Counted from the stretch's first letter, positions 14,677-24,825 are shown. The stretch: DNA of 64,000 nt from Pocillopora damicornis (GCF_003704095.1 NW_020845565.1:62001-126000); one strand, 5' to 3'. Notes: generated from the letters alone by a model not told the origin. Translations and numbers: made by a program.

Positions 14677-14687
14677 GGGGAATCCCC
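14677..14687. promoter_or_regulatory. NF-kappaB site GGGGAATCCCC
   Basis: Near-palindromic match to the p50-type kappaB consensus, a few hundred bp upstream of the first exons of TNFR copy D. Confidence 0.55.
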
Positions 14688-14863
14688 TACCTACTCAACA
14701 CAGTTCCTCCATAAACCGTTCTCTCCTCTGTGATCTTAACGCCCACTAAAGATAGTCGGCTGTTTCATTAAAAGTTTTAGTCATATGAAGCTTCAAGGTT
14801 AGTTCGAAGGCAGCTCGCTAAAGACGTTTTATCTGCATGACCTCCGCTGATTTGCAGTGTTAA

Positions 14864-14874
14864 GGGGAAACCCC
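14864..14874. promoter_or_regulatory. NF-kappaB-like site GGGGAAACCCC
   Basis: Second kappaB-like 11-mer, followed directly by an AT-rich TATA-like stretch (ataataaat). Confidence 0.45.
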
Positions 14875-15245
14875 TTCATAATAAATGCGAAATCAATTAA
14901 GAGCGAACTTTCTCGTCTTATGTAAGACCATAATTCTCGTATGTTATTAGGACTGTTCATTAGGGCTAAACAAAAGCGTTTAAGTATAACAGCTGTACAT
15001 CGACGGAAATTTATGCTTTCGAGATCGGAAACTCCATGATTTTCAGCATCGAGAGTACTCATTTGAAGCAATACAAAACGGTAAGCGAGTAAAGGTGATC
15101 TAACCCTTCAATTTACACTTGCTTGATCTACAATTGTTTAACTATGTTCTGGTATGCTTTCGGCTAGACTCGATTGAGTTTGTATGTTTATTTCTTGACA
15201 CAGGCTAACAAACGACACAAACTCATTTATGATGACGAGAACGGC

Positions 15246-18200
15246 ATGAAAGGTTCTATTAAGGTGAGATAATGTTTGTAGATACTTGTTAGTGAAATTA
15301 CGCATCTTGCGTAACTAGAATTATGCCGGCAGAAAACTGACCTTCGACTAAGATTTTCGGCAGAATTCTCAGAACCAGCGGCACAGACTAAAAGCACTCA
15401 AACAAGTTAACAGATATGGAAATAATTTCCCAATGCTGTGTTGCGAAGTTGCTCACGATTATCTCCTCTGAAAAAAATTGAATAACTTGTTTGGTTTTTA
15501 TGAATGTTAATAGAATGTTACTTGTTGTTAAGGCGTGGGTAAATTATGCCGGCAGAAAGCTGGCCTTCGACTAGAATTTTCTGCAGAATTCTCGAAAAAA
15601 AGCGGCACAGACTAAAAGATCACAAACAAGTTCACAAACATGGAAATAATTTCCCATTGCTGTGTTGCGGAGTTGCTCACTGCTCCGTTATCTCCGCCGT
15701 AAACATTGAATAAGTTGTTTGGTTGTTGCGAATGTTTATTGTAGTTTAAAAATACTTCTCTGAAAAATATGTCGTGAATAATGCGTAATATAGCTCTAGC
15801 CAAAATTTGTAGCGCACGTTTCCTCTTTATCTTATATTTTTAAACATAATTTCACTAATTTGTGCAAGTTCTCGACTACTGCAATTAATAAATACTGATA
15901 TTTTTATCTTAGCTGATCCTGTTCTTATTATTGTGGTCACGATTTGCTTCTGGAAGGCCGGCGAGATGTTCCCTGTCGCGAAATTTCTTACGATACTTTC
16001 CCGATGCTCCAGAAGCTCAAATAGAGTGCATAGCATGTCCCAAGTGCCCAGAAGGAACAGGACTCACACCATTATGCGGTTCAAAGATCTCTAACTACAC
16101 CAACATCAAATGTGAACCTTGCAGAGAGAATGCGACCTTCTCTGACACACATAGCATTGAAAGCTGCAGACCCTGTCATGACTGTGGATTAAGGAACATT
16201 ATCCAGCAGTGTACCCCTTATCAAAACCGCAAATGTGGAAACAGGTGCCCTGAAAGACATTTTATGGACGACAATGGTTTCTGCCAGGAATGTTATTTTT
16301 GCTGCTCTGATGTCCGTGAGTCTTCCAGGCTGAAAAGCTGTCAAGACATTGGAATGGGCAGGGACTGGCAGTGCCTTGAGTCCCATGAGAATAGACTCTG
16401 CAAGAAAATAAGGGAGACTGTGGAAAATGCTACTTCAACTACTACTGACGTAACCACACCTGCTCCTAGTGCTGATCTCCGCCCTGCCTCTGATTCTGAC
16501 CTGAACTTAACTGGTATGGTTTCAAGTAAAGGAGACACCAGGGAACCTGTACTCAAATCCGAAAAAAACAATTCGCTTCCAGCAACAACAAAGACAGGTA
16601 CAGACAAGAGGTCGACAAAAGAAGAAGGGGAAACAGTAACATCTACATCTATAGCCTTGATAGCTATTGGGGCTGCCACTCTAGTTTTTATTTTGGGTGC
16701 AATCATTCACTACTGCTGGAAACGCTCACATTCAGACGGTAAGAAAAAGTCATACTTTTCCTTCTTTAATAGCCCGAGTATATTTTGTGACATTTATGGA
16801 ATTAGTAGACCCTTTGAGAAAATTGAGTAATTTAATAAATTCTTGCCATAATCATGTTCAAGTGGGGTTTCGCACGAAAGTACACAAATTGAAACTAAGC
16901 AAGTAGCGATTTTACTATGACCATCATATGTCAATTGTCCTCAAGTAATAAAATTATTTCATTTTAAATTTGATCTAAGGGGCCACAACCATCTCTGTCC
17001 CTTAAGTAAACTTAAATCTTGACGCTCGAACACATTAGTATGTCTCCTTCATACAACTTTTTCCAGTGTTTGTGTAAGTTAATTTGTTTTCATTCATTTT
17101 TTTTAATCAGGTAAACCTTTTTGGTTGGGTCCATAGTTTGACTCCCATTAATATTATTAAATTCATTTTTGGCTTCATCAAAGTGTACTTTGTTGATTAA
17201 TAGACACATAATAGTAACTTTCAGTGTAGCGTACAATAACACAACAATGCTTTGTTGCAGTTACAAATTCTAACGAGTGTATACCCCTGAAAGGTATACA
17301 AGGTGCCAAGGATAGAGATGGCTCAACAGAAACTGTAGAAGGTAGTGACAACTAACATAATAGTTTTGCATCACACATTCTACTGACAAGCTTTTGGACA
17401 AAAATGAATCTACTTCAAGATGTACATCTCTTGAGCAGACTTTTCTTCAAGAGGGGAGAATTAACAATCAGATCTTGGCAATCAAAGAGTTCACCTTTTA
17501 ACTCTCTAGTTCTAACTGTTCATTCTCCTCACTAGCTGTCACACATTTCCCTTTAGTTCTGTTACAAGAATTTAGGGTGGGATCAAGATAACCTCTACCT
17601 GATAAATTTGATTATTCTCATAGACTATTTGCTGGATAGTGTATGGATATTACAGGAAGAAGTTGCATGTCAATTAATTCAGGGATTTGGAGGGTTAAGA
17701 CTTTCCTGATTGTATGGTAATCAGCAAGTTGCTTTCTAGGATAACCAAACTGCTTCTTAACTTTTTTTCTCTCAGATGTGCTGGCAGATGGTGACCATGA
17801 GGAGCCTCTCACTAGTGAGCTTAGACAAGACCAGCCAAAAACTGATCTGATTCCAGCAGGTGGGGCATACATCCTGCCATTTGGTAGACTAAGTTGATTA
17901 CTTGTTTATTCTTGTTATGCAATTAAGATCATGCGATGACTGTGCTATTAGTCATTCAGATGTTGCATTTCATCTCTTACATGTACCCTCTTCTTAGCTT
18001 GGTGCAATAAATTGCACAATTGTAGCCCCATAATGGGTGTTAAAATGGAAGTAAACTCATCCCCTGAATTAGTATGTTGTACCTGGACCACAGAGGCTAA
18101 GTTTCCGTCCACTGCCAAACATTGCTCTCTTAAAAATAAAGCAATTTTTAAACCTTGGGAATCCTTAACAATTAAAGCATGTCTTTTTCCACCAATAGTA

Positions 18201-18614
18201 CTACAAAAAGCATATTTCATGTTACAACTCTAACCCCAGTTCGTTACTTTATTAATACTTTTATCCATCGAACTCTTAGATTGCAAAGTTTCCGAAATGC
18301 CACAGCTGCGTAACAATGACAATCAAATACTCTTGCACTATGTGCAAAGGATGCTGGATCCACTGGAGAAACAGACAAAGAAAAATTGGCGCTCTGTTGG
18401 GCAAATCTTGAATGTTTCAGAGGAAGACTTGGACTTGATAGAAATTGACTACAAAGCAGGAAGAAGTCCTACAGTTAGTCTTATTGATAAATTGAGCACC
18501 TTTCCAATAGTACCCTCAGTGAGAAGCTTTGTAGAAGCTCTCGTTTCTTGCAACAGGTATGATGTGGCCACCAATATTTGCAACTGGCCATGGGAGTTAC
18601 GTACTATACAATGA
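15246..18614 (+). CDS. TNF-receptor-family protein with death domain, copy D (complete; EDAR/TROY/NGFR-like architecture)
   Basis: Exons 15246-15263 (MKGSIK), 15913-16738 (LILFLLLWSRFASG signal peptide, CRDs, stalk, TM IALIAIGAATLVFILGAII), 17261-17341, 17776-17859 and 18280-18614 (death domain). All junctions GT-AG and frame-consistent. Confidence 0.9.
15321..15745. repeat. Tandem duplication of ~200 bp in the first coding intron of TNFR copy D
   Basis: aattatgccggcagaaa...gcggcacagactaaaag...aaataatttccca occurs at ~15320 and again at ~15542. Confidence 0.8.
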
Positions 18615-20331
18615 GGGAAATTATTTAGCACACTTGAAACAAGAAATAAGTAACTGGCTGTAACCTGCAGCTGTTGGGTCTACAGAGAGCCCCCCTCCAA
18701 AAAAAAAATTCCCATTAACCTCTGCACAAAACAGGGCACATAGAACATGGAACTAACTATAGACTGAAGGCTTCTAGAATCTTAATATGTTGTAAGCCAG
18801 GGAAAATGAAGGGACAATTTTTCTTATACGGTATGCTGAAAGCCACTTTAAAAACACAAAGTTAAGTTGCAGGCAACTTTAAAAAATTATTACCTTCCCA
18901 GTTTCTTATTCAAAGAGTCATATTCAGACTTGCAAATGGCAATGCCATGTTTTACACAGCTAACTTTGCCCTGCATTATATTATGCTGGCTTTCTCTTAA
19001 TCTTTTAATGACATTCTTGACATTAATCCTCTCCTATCAGCATCTTCNNNNNNNNNNNNNNNNNNNNNNNNNNNNNNNNNNNNNNNNNNNNNNNNNNNNN
19101 NNNNNNNNNNNNNNNNNNNNNNNNNNNNNNNNNNNNNNNNNNNNNNNNNNNNNNNNNNNNNNNNNNNNNNNNNNNNNNNNNCAGAAAGGAAAGAACCATA
19201 AAATTCCAGAAAGGAAGTTGGTCACAGCGCATATAATAAAATGGTTCAAAACCAAAATATACCACAAAGGAAATATTGGTCACCGAGCATACACAATAGT
19301 GGTTCAAAACCATTTAAAACCTAGGATGTGCCATTAAATTTTTTAAAGAGGAGCTTTGTGAAAACAAGGACATCAGTAAGAAGAAACAGTTACATACACA
19401 TAATTGTTATTAGTCACCACAACGAGTGGGTCATGTTCCTTGTAAATATTTTCAGGAAAAGAGTAGGTTGTGACTGAATATTTATAATTAGGACTTTATT
19501 TACTAGGTAATACTATTTAACAACAACCCAAAAGCCAACATTTCAATTTTGAATATTTCAAGGGCTTTTGGTAAAGAATCTTTGATCAGACTTTGATGGT
19601 TATATGTAGTTTTAAAATGTTTCCATTTATAGCTTTTGTGTGTCAAGTGTCATGATCAAAATTTATTTTCCTGTTATAAATGATGATGCTGTATCTGGTG
19701 ATAAATTATTACAAAATGAAATGTAACTCTAAGTGATATCTTTTTTATGAAAGTAGATGTATTTTTCTTGATGCAACATTATTTATGCTATTAAGTACGT
19801 GTAACTATTTACAATAAACTATTTTAAAACAGTAGATTATTTTTATATATGTGCTATAAAAGGCATGGTAAGTACATCTTTATTCTGCTTACAATGTCAA
19901 GTGGTAAATGTTGATACCAAAGAAAAAAAAATAAAAAAAAATAAATTCAGGTTCTGGAATCAGTGCCTGCACGGGCTGTATATCCACTGACCCAAGTAAG
20001 TGGGAACCTCTTGCTTTCTGCATCTTTTGATAACAGATGTGAAAGTTGGGACATTGGCAAGTCAGAACAGCTGTTATACAGGCAGGACTATATATTACTG
20101 TCAATGGTACACAAGCAAGTGAACTACAAAAATACTGTTTGAAAATTTTATTATCACTGTGAATTAATCAGTATACAGAGAAGAAATCAGGCCCAGTCTT
20201 GGTTGCAAGACATTCCAGTTACACAGCTCTTGTTCAAAGACAACCTGGGAAAGAAGATAAAAAGATCACAAGTGCAGTGAATCCCATTTTGGCAAAGTTA
20301 ACAGAGTTAGGAAGTGTGATTTTAATAGAAG

Positions 20332-20410
20332 AAAGCCTCAGTATTAATGTAGTCTTCAGAAGTAAATATCAGTGGATTATGACTGAATATATTAAGTCAT
20401 CACTGGCTTT
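20332..20410 (-). ncRNA. Box C/D snoRNA, 28S guide TTCAGTCATAATCC (family not recognised)
   Basis: AAAGCC-A-GTGATGA...TTCAGTCATAATCC-A-CTGA(D')...CTGAAGA(C')...CTGA-GGCTTT. Perfect 6-bp terminal stem and 14-nt complementarity to the conserved 28S segment GGATTATGACTGAA. Confidence 0.88.
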
Positions 20411-20808
20411 CAACTGGGGGTTTGAACACTGGGCATTATCTTCCAAACTAAGGATAATACCATCATGATCCACAACCTTTTCCATGACATTTTTTCGCTG
20501 TTTTCCATTGTAAACAATCAGGGCTTGGCTGAAAATACTGCAAAAATGATTATTTACTCAATATATTTCTCACCTTGCTAAATGTATTCTGAGAAAATTA
20601 TTGTCCATCTGTTCCCATGATTTCCATGGCAGAATCAAATTTGATGAACCTAGAAAAATATGAATACAACTTTCATTTTCCTTTTATTTTTCTTTTTGAC
20701 CAAAGCCCCCTTTACAATAGAACTTGAACTCTAAGAGAGGCAACTGCTCTGGTTTTCCACAAACTTTTAGTCTTCAGGATATGCAAACACAATGCAAATA
20801 CAATAATT

Positions 20809-21262
20809 CAGGGCGTGAAATTGATTTTTTTTCTGATAGCCACTTGGCTCCTAGATTATTCAAAGTGGTAGCCAATTAAAAAAAAGTTGGTTGTCATTTT
20901 CAAAGTCAAACAAACCCTTTTTTTTACACTGTCATCGTTCTAGAAATTAAGTTAGGGAAAAGATCTTTAACGTACTACAAAGTGGACAATAGAATGGATG
21001 ATATGCAATGTTTAAGCTCGCCTAAATCCATCCTAAATCTAGTTATCAATTGAGATGCATGTGCTGTGTTTTGGAAACAAACTTAACGAGGAAGTTTGCT
21101 GCGGATTTATCTTTGCAAATCTTTTTAATTTACTATATCTCTAAGTAAGGTTATGATAAAACATTCTACTTGCCAATTTGGCAACTAATTTTCAGGATTT
21201 GGTTGCCAAAGTAAAAAAATTTGTCGCATTGGCGCCTGTATTAGGTGCAATTTCACGCCCTG
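20809..21262. mobile_element. Non-autonomous DNA transposon (hAT-like MITE, 454 bp)
   Basis: Perfect 15-bp TIRs CAGGGCGTGAAATTG / CAATTTCACGCCCTG, flanked by the direct repeat TAATT. Confidence 0.8.
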
Positions 21263-21450
21263 TAATTACCTTGTAAACTAAAGGAGCATAACACTTGATC
21301 CCAAATCACAACCTACATGTACAACATCAGTTATTTGATGAGACATAATGAGAAAATACCTCACTATCACATGGAAATAGAATTAAAAATCAACAAGTAA
21401 TCATGATTGACAACTTCTCCATTAAGGCTTCTCTGGGTCACCAGAATGCT

Positions 21451-21529
21451 AGTTCAGCAATCAACCACTTTGCCATCCTGCATATCTGTAGCATGCCTTA
21501 GTTGATCATTGACTTCCCACATCACAAAC
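21451..21529 (-). ncRNA. Possible degenerate/orphan box C/D snoRNA
   Basis: C-like GTGATGT or ATGATCA, internal CAGA (D') and terminal CTGA with a short AGT/ACT stem. Sits alone in a host-gene intron like its neighbours. No convincing target. Confidence 0.35.
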
Positions 21530-21707
21530 ATATCATGTTTGATCTCTTATAATATTCAAACATACCAATTTGCAAGATTGTAACCAGAGAAGGATCTATC
21601 ATTGAACCTAAGAACTCTAATCTGTTGTTGTCAAAGTTTCAACTACAGTAATTGGTGCATTTTAACCTTTGTGCCTTATAGAACATCCCTGAAACAGTCT
21701 CTACAAA

Positions 21708-21784
21708 GTGGCCTCAGAAATTTTGGTGATATTTATCATCAGCTATATTCAAGAGTAGCAAATACTTTATGCATCATTGGCCAC
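21708..21784 (-). ncRNA. SNORD76: Box C/D snoRNA, U76/SNORD76-like
   Basis: GTGGCC-A-ATGATGC...TATTTGCTACT-C-TTGA(D')...CTGATGA(C')...CTGA-GGCCAC. Guide is complementary to 28S AGTAGCAAATA, in the register I recall for human U76. Confidence 0.85.
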
Positions 21785-22124
21785 ATCCATGATTGACAAA
21801 CATCAAAATAAATACATCTTGTTAAAAATTTCAATTAAATCACAGGACCTGTAGAATCACTACCATCAATTTTTTTTTTCAAAATCAAAGCACTTAATAA
21901 TTAATTGATGAAAATTTTCAGATATACCAGGAATGAAAAGGGGAATCAATTAGCAATAAAATTTCACTTACCATGACAGTGCCTCAACTTCTGATCTTTA
22001 ACCTGCCTGCTTTAAACCACTGGTATTCTAAACATCCAGGACAAAAAGGAAGAACAAGTGGTTAAAAAAATACAAATTAAAAAACCTTGTGTACAATTAA
22101 AGCCACAGAGAGGAGTTTTTAAGT

Positions 22125-22514
22125 TTAACCCTTAACTGTTTTCCCAACATTTCCTGAGGTGCTGATTAGGAGAATTTGTTTGACAATCAAGAGCTCCTTT
22201 AGCCGGCTATCATTTCCTTTATTCTTAGGACCTTAACCCTTTAATCCCTAGGAGTGACTAGCATTTAATTTCTCCTTACAATATCACTACTGAATCACAC
22301 ATCAGTGTTAAGAGAATAGAGGAAATGATCACCAACTGCAGAAACTCTTGATTGTTAGACAAATCCTCCTTGTCAGCACCTTGGTAAATGTACAGATAAC
22401 TGTATGGAGAATATGAATACTGATGTTAGGGTATTAAGGGTTAATGTTGGATTCCAAGATGATACTGTGAGGAGAAGTTAAAAGCCAGTCATTCTCAGGG
22501 GTTGAAGGCTTAAA
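22125..22514. mobile_element. Nested pair of TTAA-MITEs (inner copy 22233-22444 inserted in an oppositely oriented outer copy)
   Basis: Inner element TTAACCCT...AGGGTTAA. The flanks on both sides continue as the reverse complement of the same family. Confidence 0.8.
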
Positions 22515-22563
22515 GATCATGACATGTACCAAACAATTTGGAAACAGGATACCAAATACAAGA

Positions 22564-22647
22564 GGTGCATCAGGCAAAGCCAGATTTTCTAATCAAGTCA
22601 CAGAGTGACTTTATTATGTCCCTATTCTGGAGGTCATCACTTGCACC
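22564..22647 (-). ncRNA. Box C/D snoRNA, U74/SNORD74-like
   Basis: GGTGCA-A-GTGATGA...ATAGGGACA...CTGA-TGCACC with a 6-bp stem. ATAGGGACA is complementary to 28S TGTCCCTAT (U74 target region). The D' box is non-canonical. Confidence 0.7.
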
Positions 22648-22801
22648 AGACTCAACAATATAAGTTGTTGTCACATGTTGATCATGCTTACCTCACCTCA
22701 AAAACCTTGCTTGGTTAGGTCTTGGCAGTGTACCTAAGATAAGTACCCCATTGTTAGACAAAGAAAAGGAATTTCAACTTTTTCAGTTAAACCTTTTTGG
22801 T

Positions 22802-22867
22802 GGTTTCAGATAGGGGCGAAGTTTATCGTCACCATCAATCAGCTGAACTATGAACTCATCACAAACC
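22802..22867 (-). ncRNA. SNORD80: Box C/D snoRNA, U80/SNORD80-like (yeast snR60 family), double guide
   Basis: GGTTT-GTGATGA-GTT-CATAGTTCA-G-CTGA(D')...GTGACGA(C')...TTCGCCCCTAT-CTGA-AACC. Guides are complementary to 28S TGAACTATG and ATAGGGGCGAA. Confidence 0.92.
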
Positions 22868-23180
22868 ACACCAAGTAATGCAACAGCTTGAAAACTTCCT
22901 TAAAAACATTCAAGGCCAGCCTCTCAGAGGAGCAAGGCAAGAAAATCTATGATCACTGATGACTTGTAGCAGAGACAACTGTATTATTATTTTATAATTT
23001 GACTTTACCTCACCTCATTACAAACACAAATAGGAACCACAAAAATAAAAGCTGTGCAAATTTCTTATGCCATTCACTCCCTGAAACAAAAACAATTAGC
23101 TTCAATTAGAATGAGACATGCAGTTGCTTGTTAGACACCAGAAAGAAACTTGGAAGTTTTTTCAATCAGACCTTAGGGGC

Positions 23181-23246
23181 GGTTTCATATAGGGGGGAGA
23201 ATTATCATCATCAGCAATCGGCTGAACTATGAACTCATCACAAACC
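23181..23246 (-). ncRNA. Second U80-like snoRNA copy with a degenerate D-box guide
   Basis: 5' half matches 22802-22867 (GTGATGAGTTCATAGTTCAG, D' CCGA). The 3' guide has changed to TCTCCCCCCTAT and the D box to ATGA. Confidence 0.8.
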
Positions 23247-23793
23247 ACATTAGGTAAGGCAAAAACTTGTAGACTTCTTTGAGTATGAGGAAGGCCAGCC
23301 TCTTACAGGAGCAAGTTAAGAGAAAATCTAAGATCAAAAATAACTAAATCACTTTGTTGAAAACAGAGAGCCTTATTTACAGAGATTTAACCCTTTACGC
23401 ACTAACATTAGTAGTTATATTTTCCCCACTGTTCACTACACATTTCTAATAGTACTGACTAGGAGAATTTGCCTGACAATCAGGAGCTTCTTAAAGTTGT
23501 GATCATTTCCTTTATTTACATGACCTTTGCATTTGATATAAAGGAGAAATTAGCAGCCATCACTCTTAAGAGATTAAAAGATTAAATATCATTTAGATGT
23601 AATTTGCATGTTTTTGGATCAAATTACCACCTACCCCAAAAGAAAACCACACCAAGCTTTGCAAGTTTCTCCATTCAAAAGCTCCCTGAAACAAAAAGAA
23701 TAGCAGATTTAATTAGGATGTGCATGTACCACATTCAAGAACAGGGTTAGGCATGTTAACTACATGATTCTAACCCCTTGTTATCACAGACAC

Positions 23794-23863
23794 AGTGTCA
23801 GATAGAGCTAATGTCAACCTCATTACAAAAATGTTCAGTTGAACTATGCAGTCATCACACACC
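23794..23863 (-). ncRNA. Box C/D snoRNA combining a U77-type D' guide and a U44-type D guide
   Basis: GTGATGA-CT-GCATAGTTCA-A-CTGA(D')...ATGAGG(C')...ATTAGCTCTA-T-CTGA-CAC. Complementary to 28S TGAACTATGC and 18S TAGAGCTAAT. Confidence 0.88.
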
Positions 23864-24289
23864 AGTCATCAATCAGAGCTCTCTTAAAGAATGAGAAGGG
23901 GAATACTTGATTATCTACATGTAGTAGAGCATATGCAATCTTGAATGACAAAAATTAACGTATCTATTTCTATCAATAGTCTACTGAGTCTGATAATTGA
24001 TGACACTCACTTTGTTCAAGGTAAATTGAGAGTAAGAATCCAGGGCAGCTTTTCTAGCATGATGTGACGATGAAAACAACGATGACAGCACACCCAGTAA
24101 AATCTACCCTCAAATCTTGTCGGACACATCCTGCATTGGCTCATGAAATGCACCACTGACCTTGGACATTGAAACATACTTAATATAAGTGTATGAACAC
24201 CTGCCCTAAACAGAAATAATTTAATTCAAAATTCTCTGTGACCTGAGCAGTCTTAACCCTTTGGCTCCCAAGATCTCCCCTCTAGCTTC

Positions 24290-24333
24290 TAAGGTACCTA
24301 AGGTAAGGTACCTAAGGTAAGGTACCTAAGGTA
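24290..24333. repeat. Short tandem repeat (TAAGGTACCTAAGG)x~3 inside a degenerate MITE
   Basis: taaggtacctaagg-taaggtacctaagg-taaggtacctaagg is read directly from the sequence. Confidence 0.8.
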
Positions 24334-24429
24334 TGGATATTATAGGGAGAAGTTCCATGTTAATCACTTCTGAGAGTTGAAGGGTTGAAAAAGGTTAAGT
24401 CAGCTCTTGCACTTTCAGACTGTGTAAGA

Positions 24430-24509
24430 GTGCCTCAGCGATCTTGGTGGGAAAAGTTGTCATCACATCTCAATGATCAACTAGCAAATATTGAAATCAT
24501 CATTGGCAC
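24430..24509 (-). ncRNA. SNORD24: Box C/D snoRNA, U24/SNORD24, double guide
   Basis: GTGCC-A-ATGATGA...AATATTTGCTA-G-TTGA(D')...GTGATGA(C')...CCACCAAGATC-G-CTGA-GGCAC. Both guides are complementary to 28S GATCTTGGTGGTAGTAGCAAATATT, as in U24. Confidence 0.92.
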
Positions 24510-24745
24510 AAGAAACACTGTCAATACCAATGAATCACACACACTTGAAAAACACAACAATGGTAATTTTAACTCTACCCCAAAAACTAATTTGAATCCA
24601 ATATTTGAAAACTTCTTACCGGTTTGCCTTTCTCTGAACTGTTATTCACTTTGACCTTTCTCTGTAAAGTAGAGAAACGACCGAATCAGCACAATTTCTT
24701 TTCAATCACTTTTGTAACCATGAAAAATATTTAACAAAGTTATCA

Positions 24746-24825
24746 TGCATCAGGCCTATCGATCACACATCACAAAGCTTCCGATTTCAAAGCCTTCTGT
24801 GTCATAGGTTATTTCATCAGGTGCA
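24746..24825 (-). ncRNA. Box C/D snoRNA, 28S guide GATCGATAGGC (family not recognised)
   Basis: TGCA-C-CTGATGA...GTGATGT(C')...GATCGATAGGC-CTGA-TGCA. 11-nt complement to the non-vertebrate 28S motif GCCTATCGATC, ~88 nt upstream of a 3' splice site. Confidence 0.8.

Noticed and set aside
24055-24200. Possible H/ACA snoRNA or hairpin in the host gene
   Set aside because: I could not identify a convincing two-hairpin fold with H and ACA boxes by eye.
24290-24333. Palindromic short repeats as a CRISPR-like array
   Set aside because: Head-to-tail 14-mers with no spacers in a eukaryotic intron; simple slippage.
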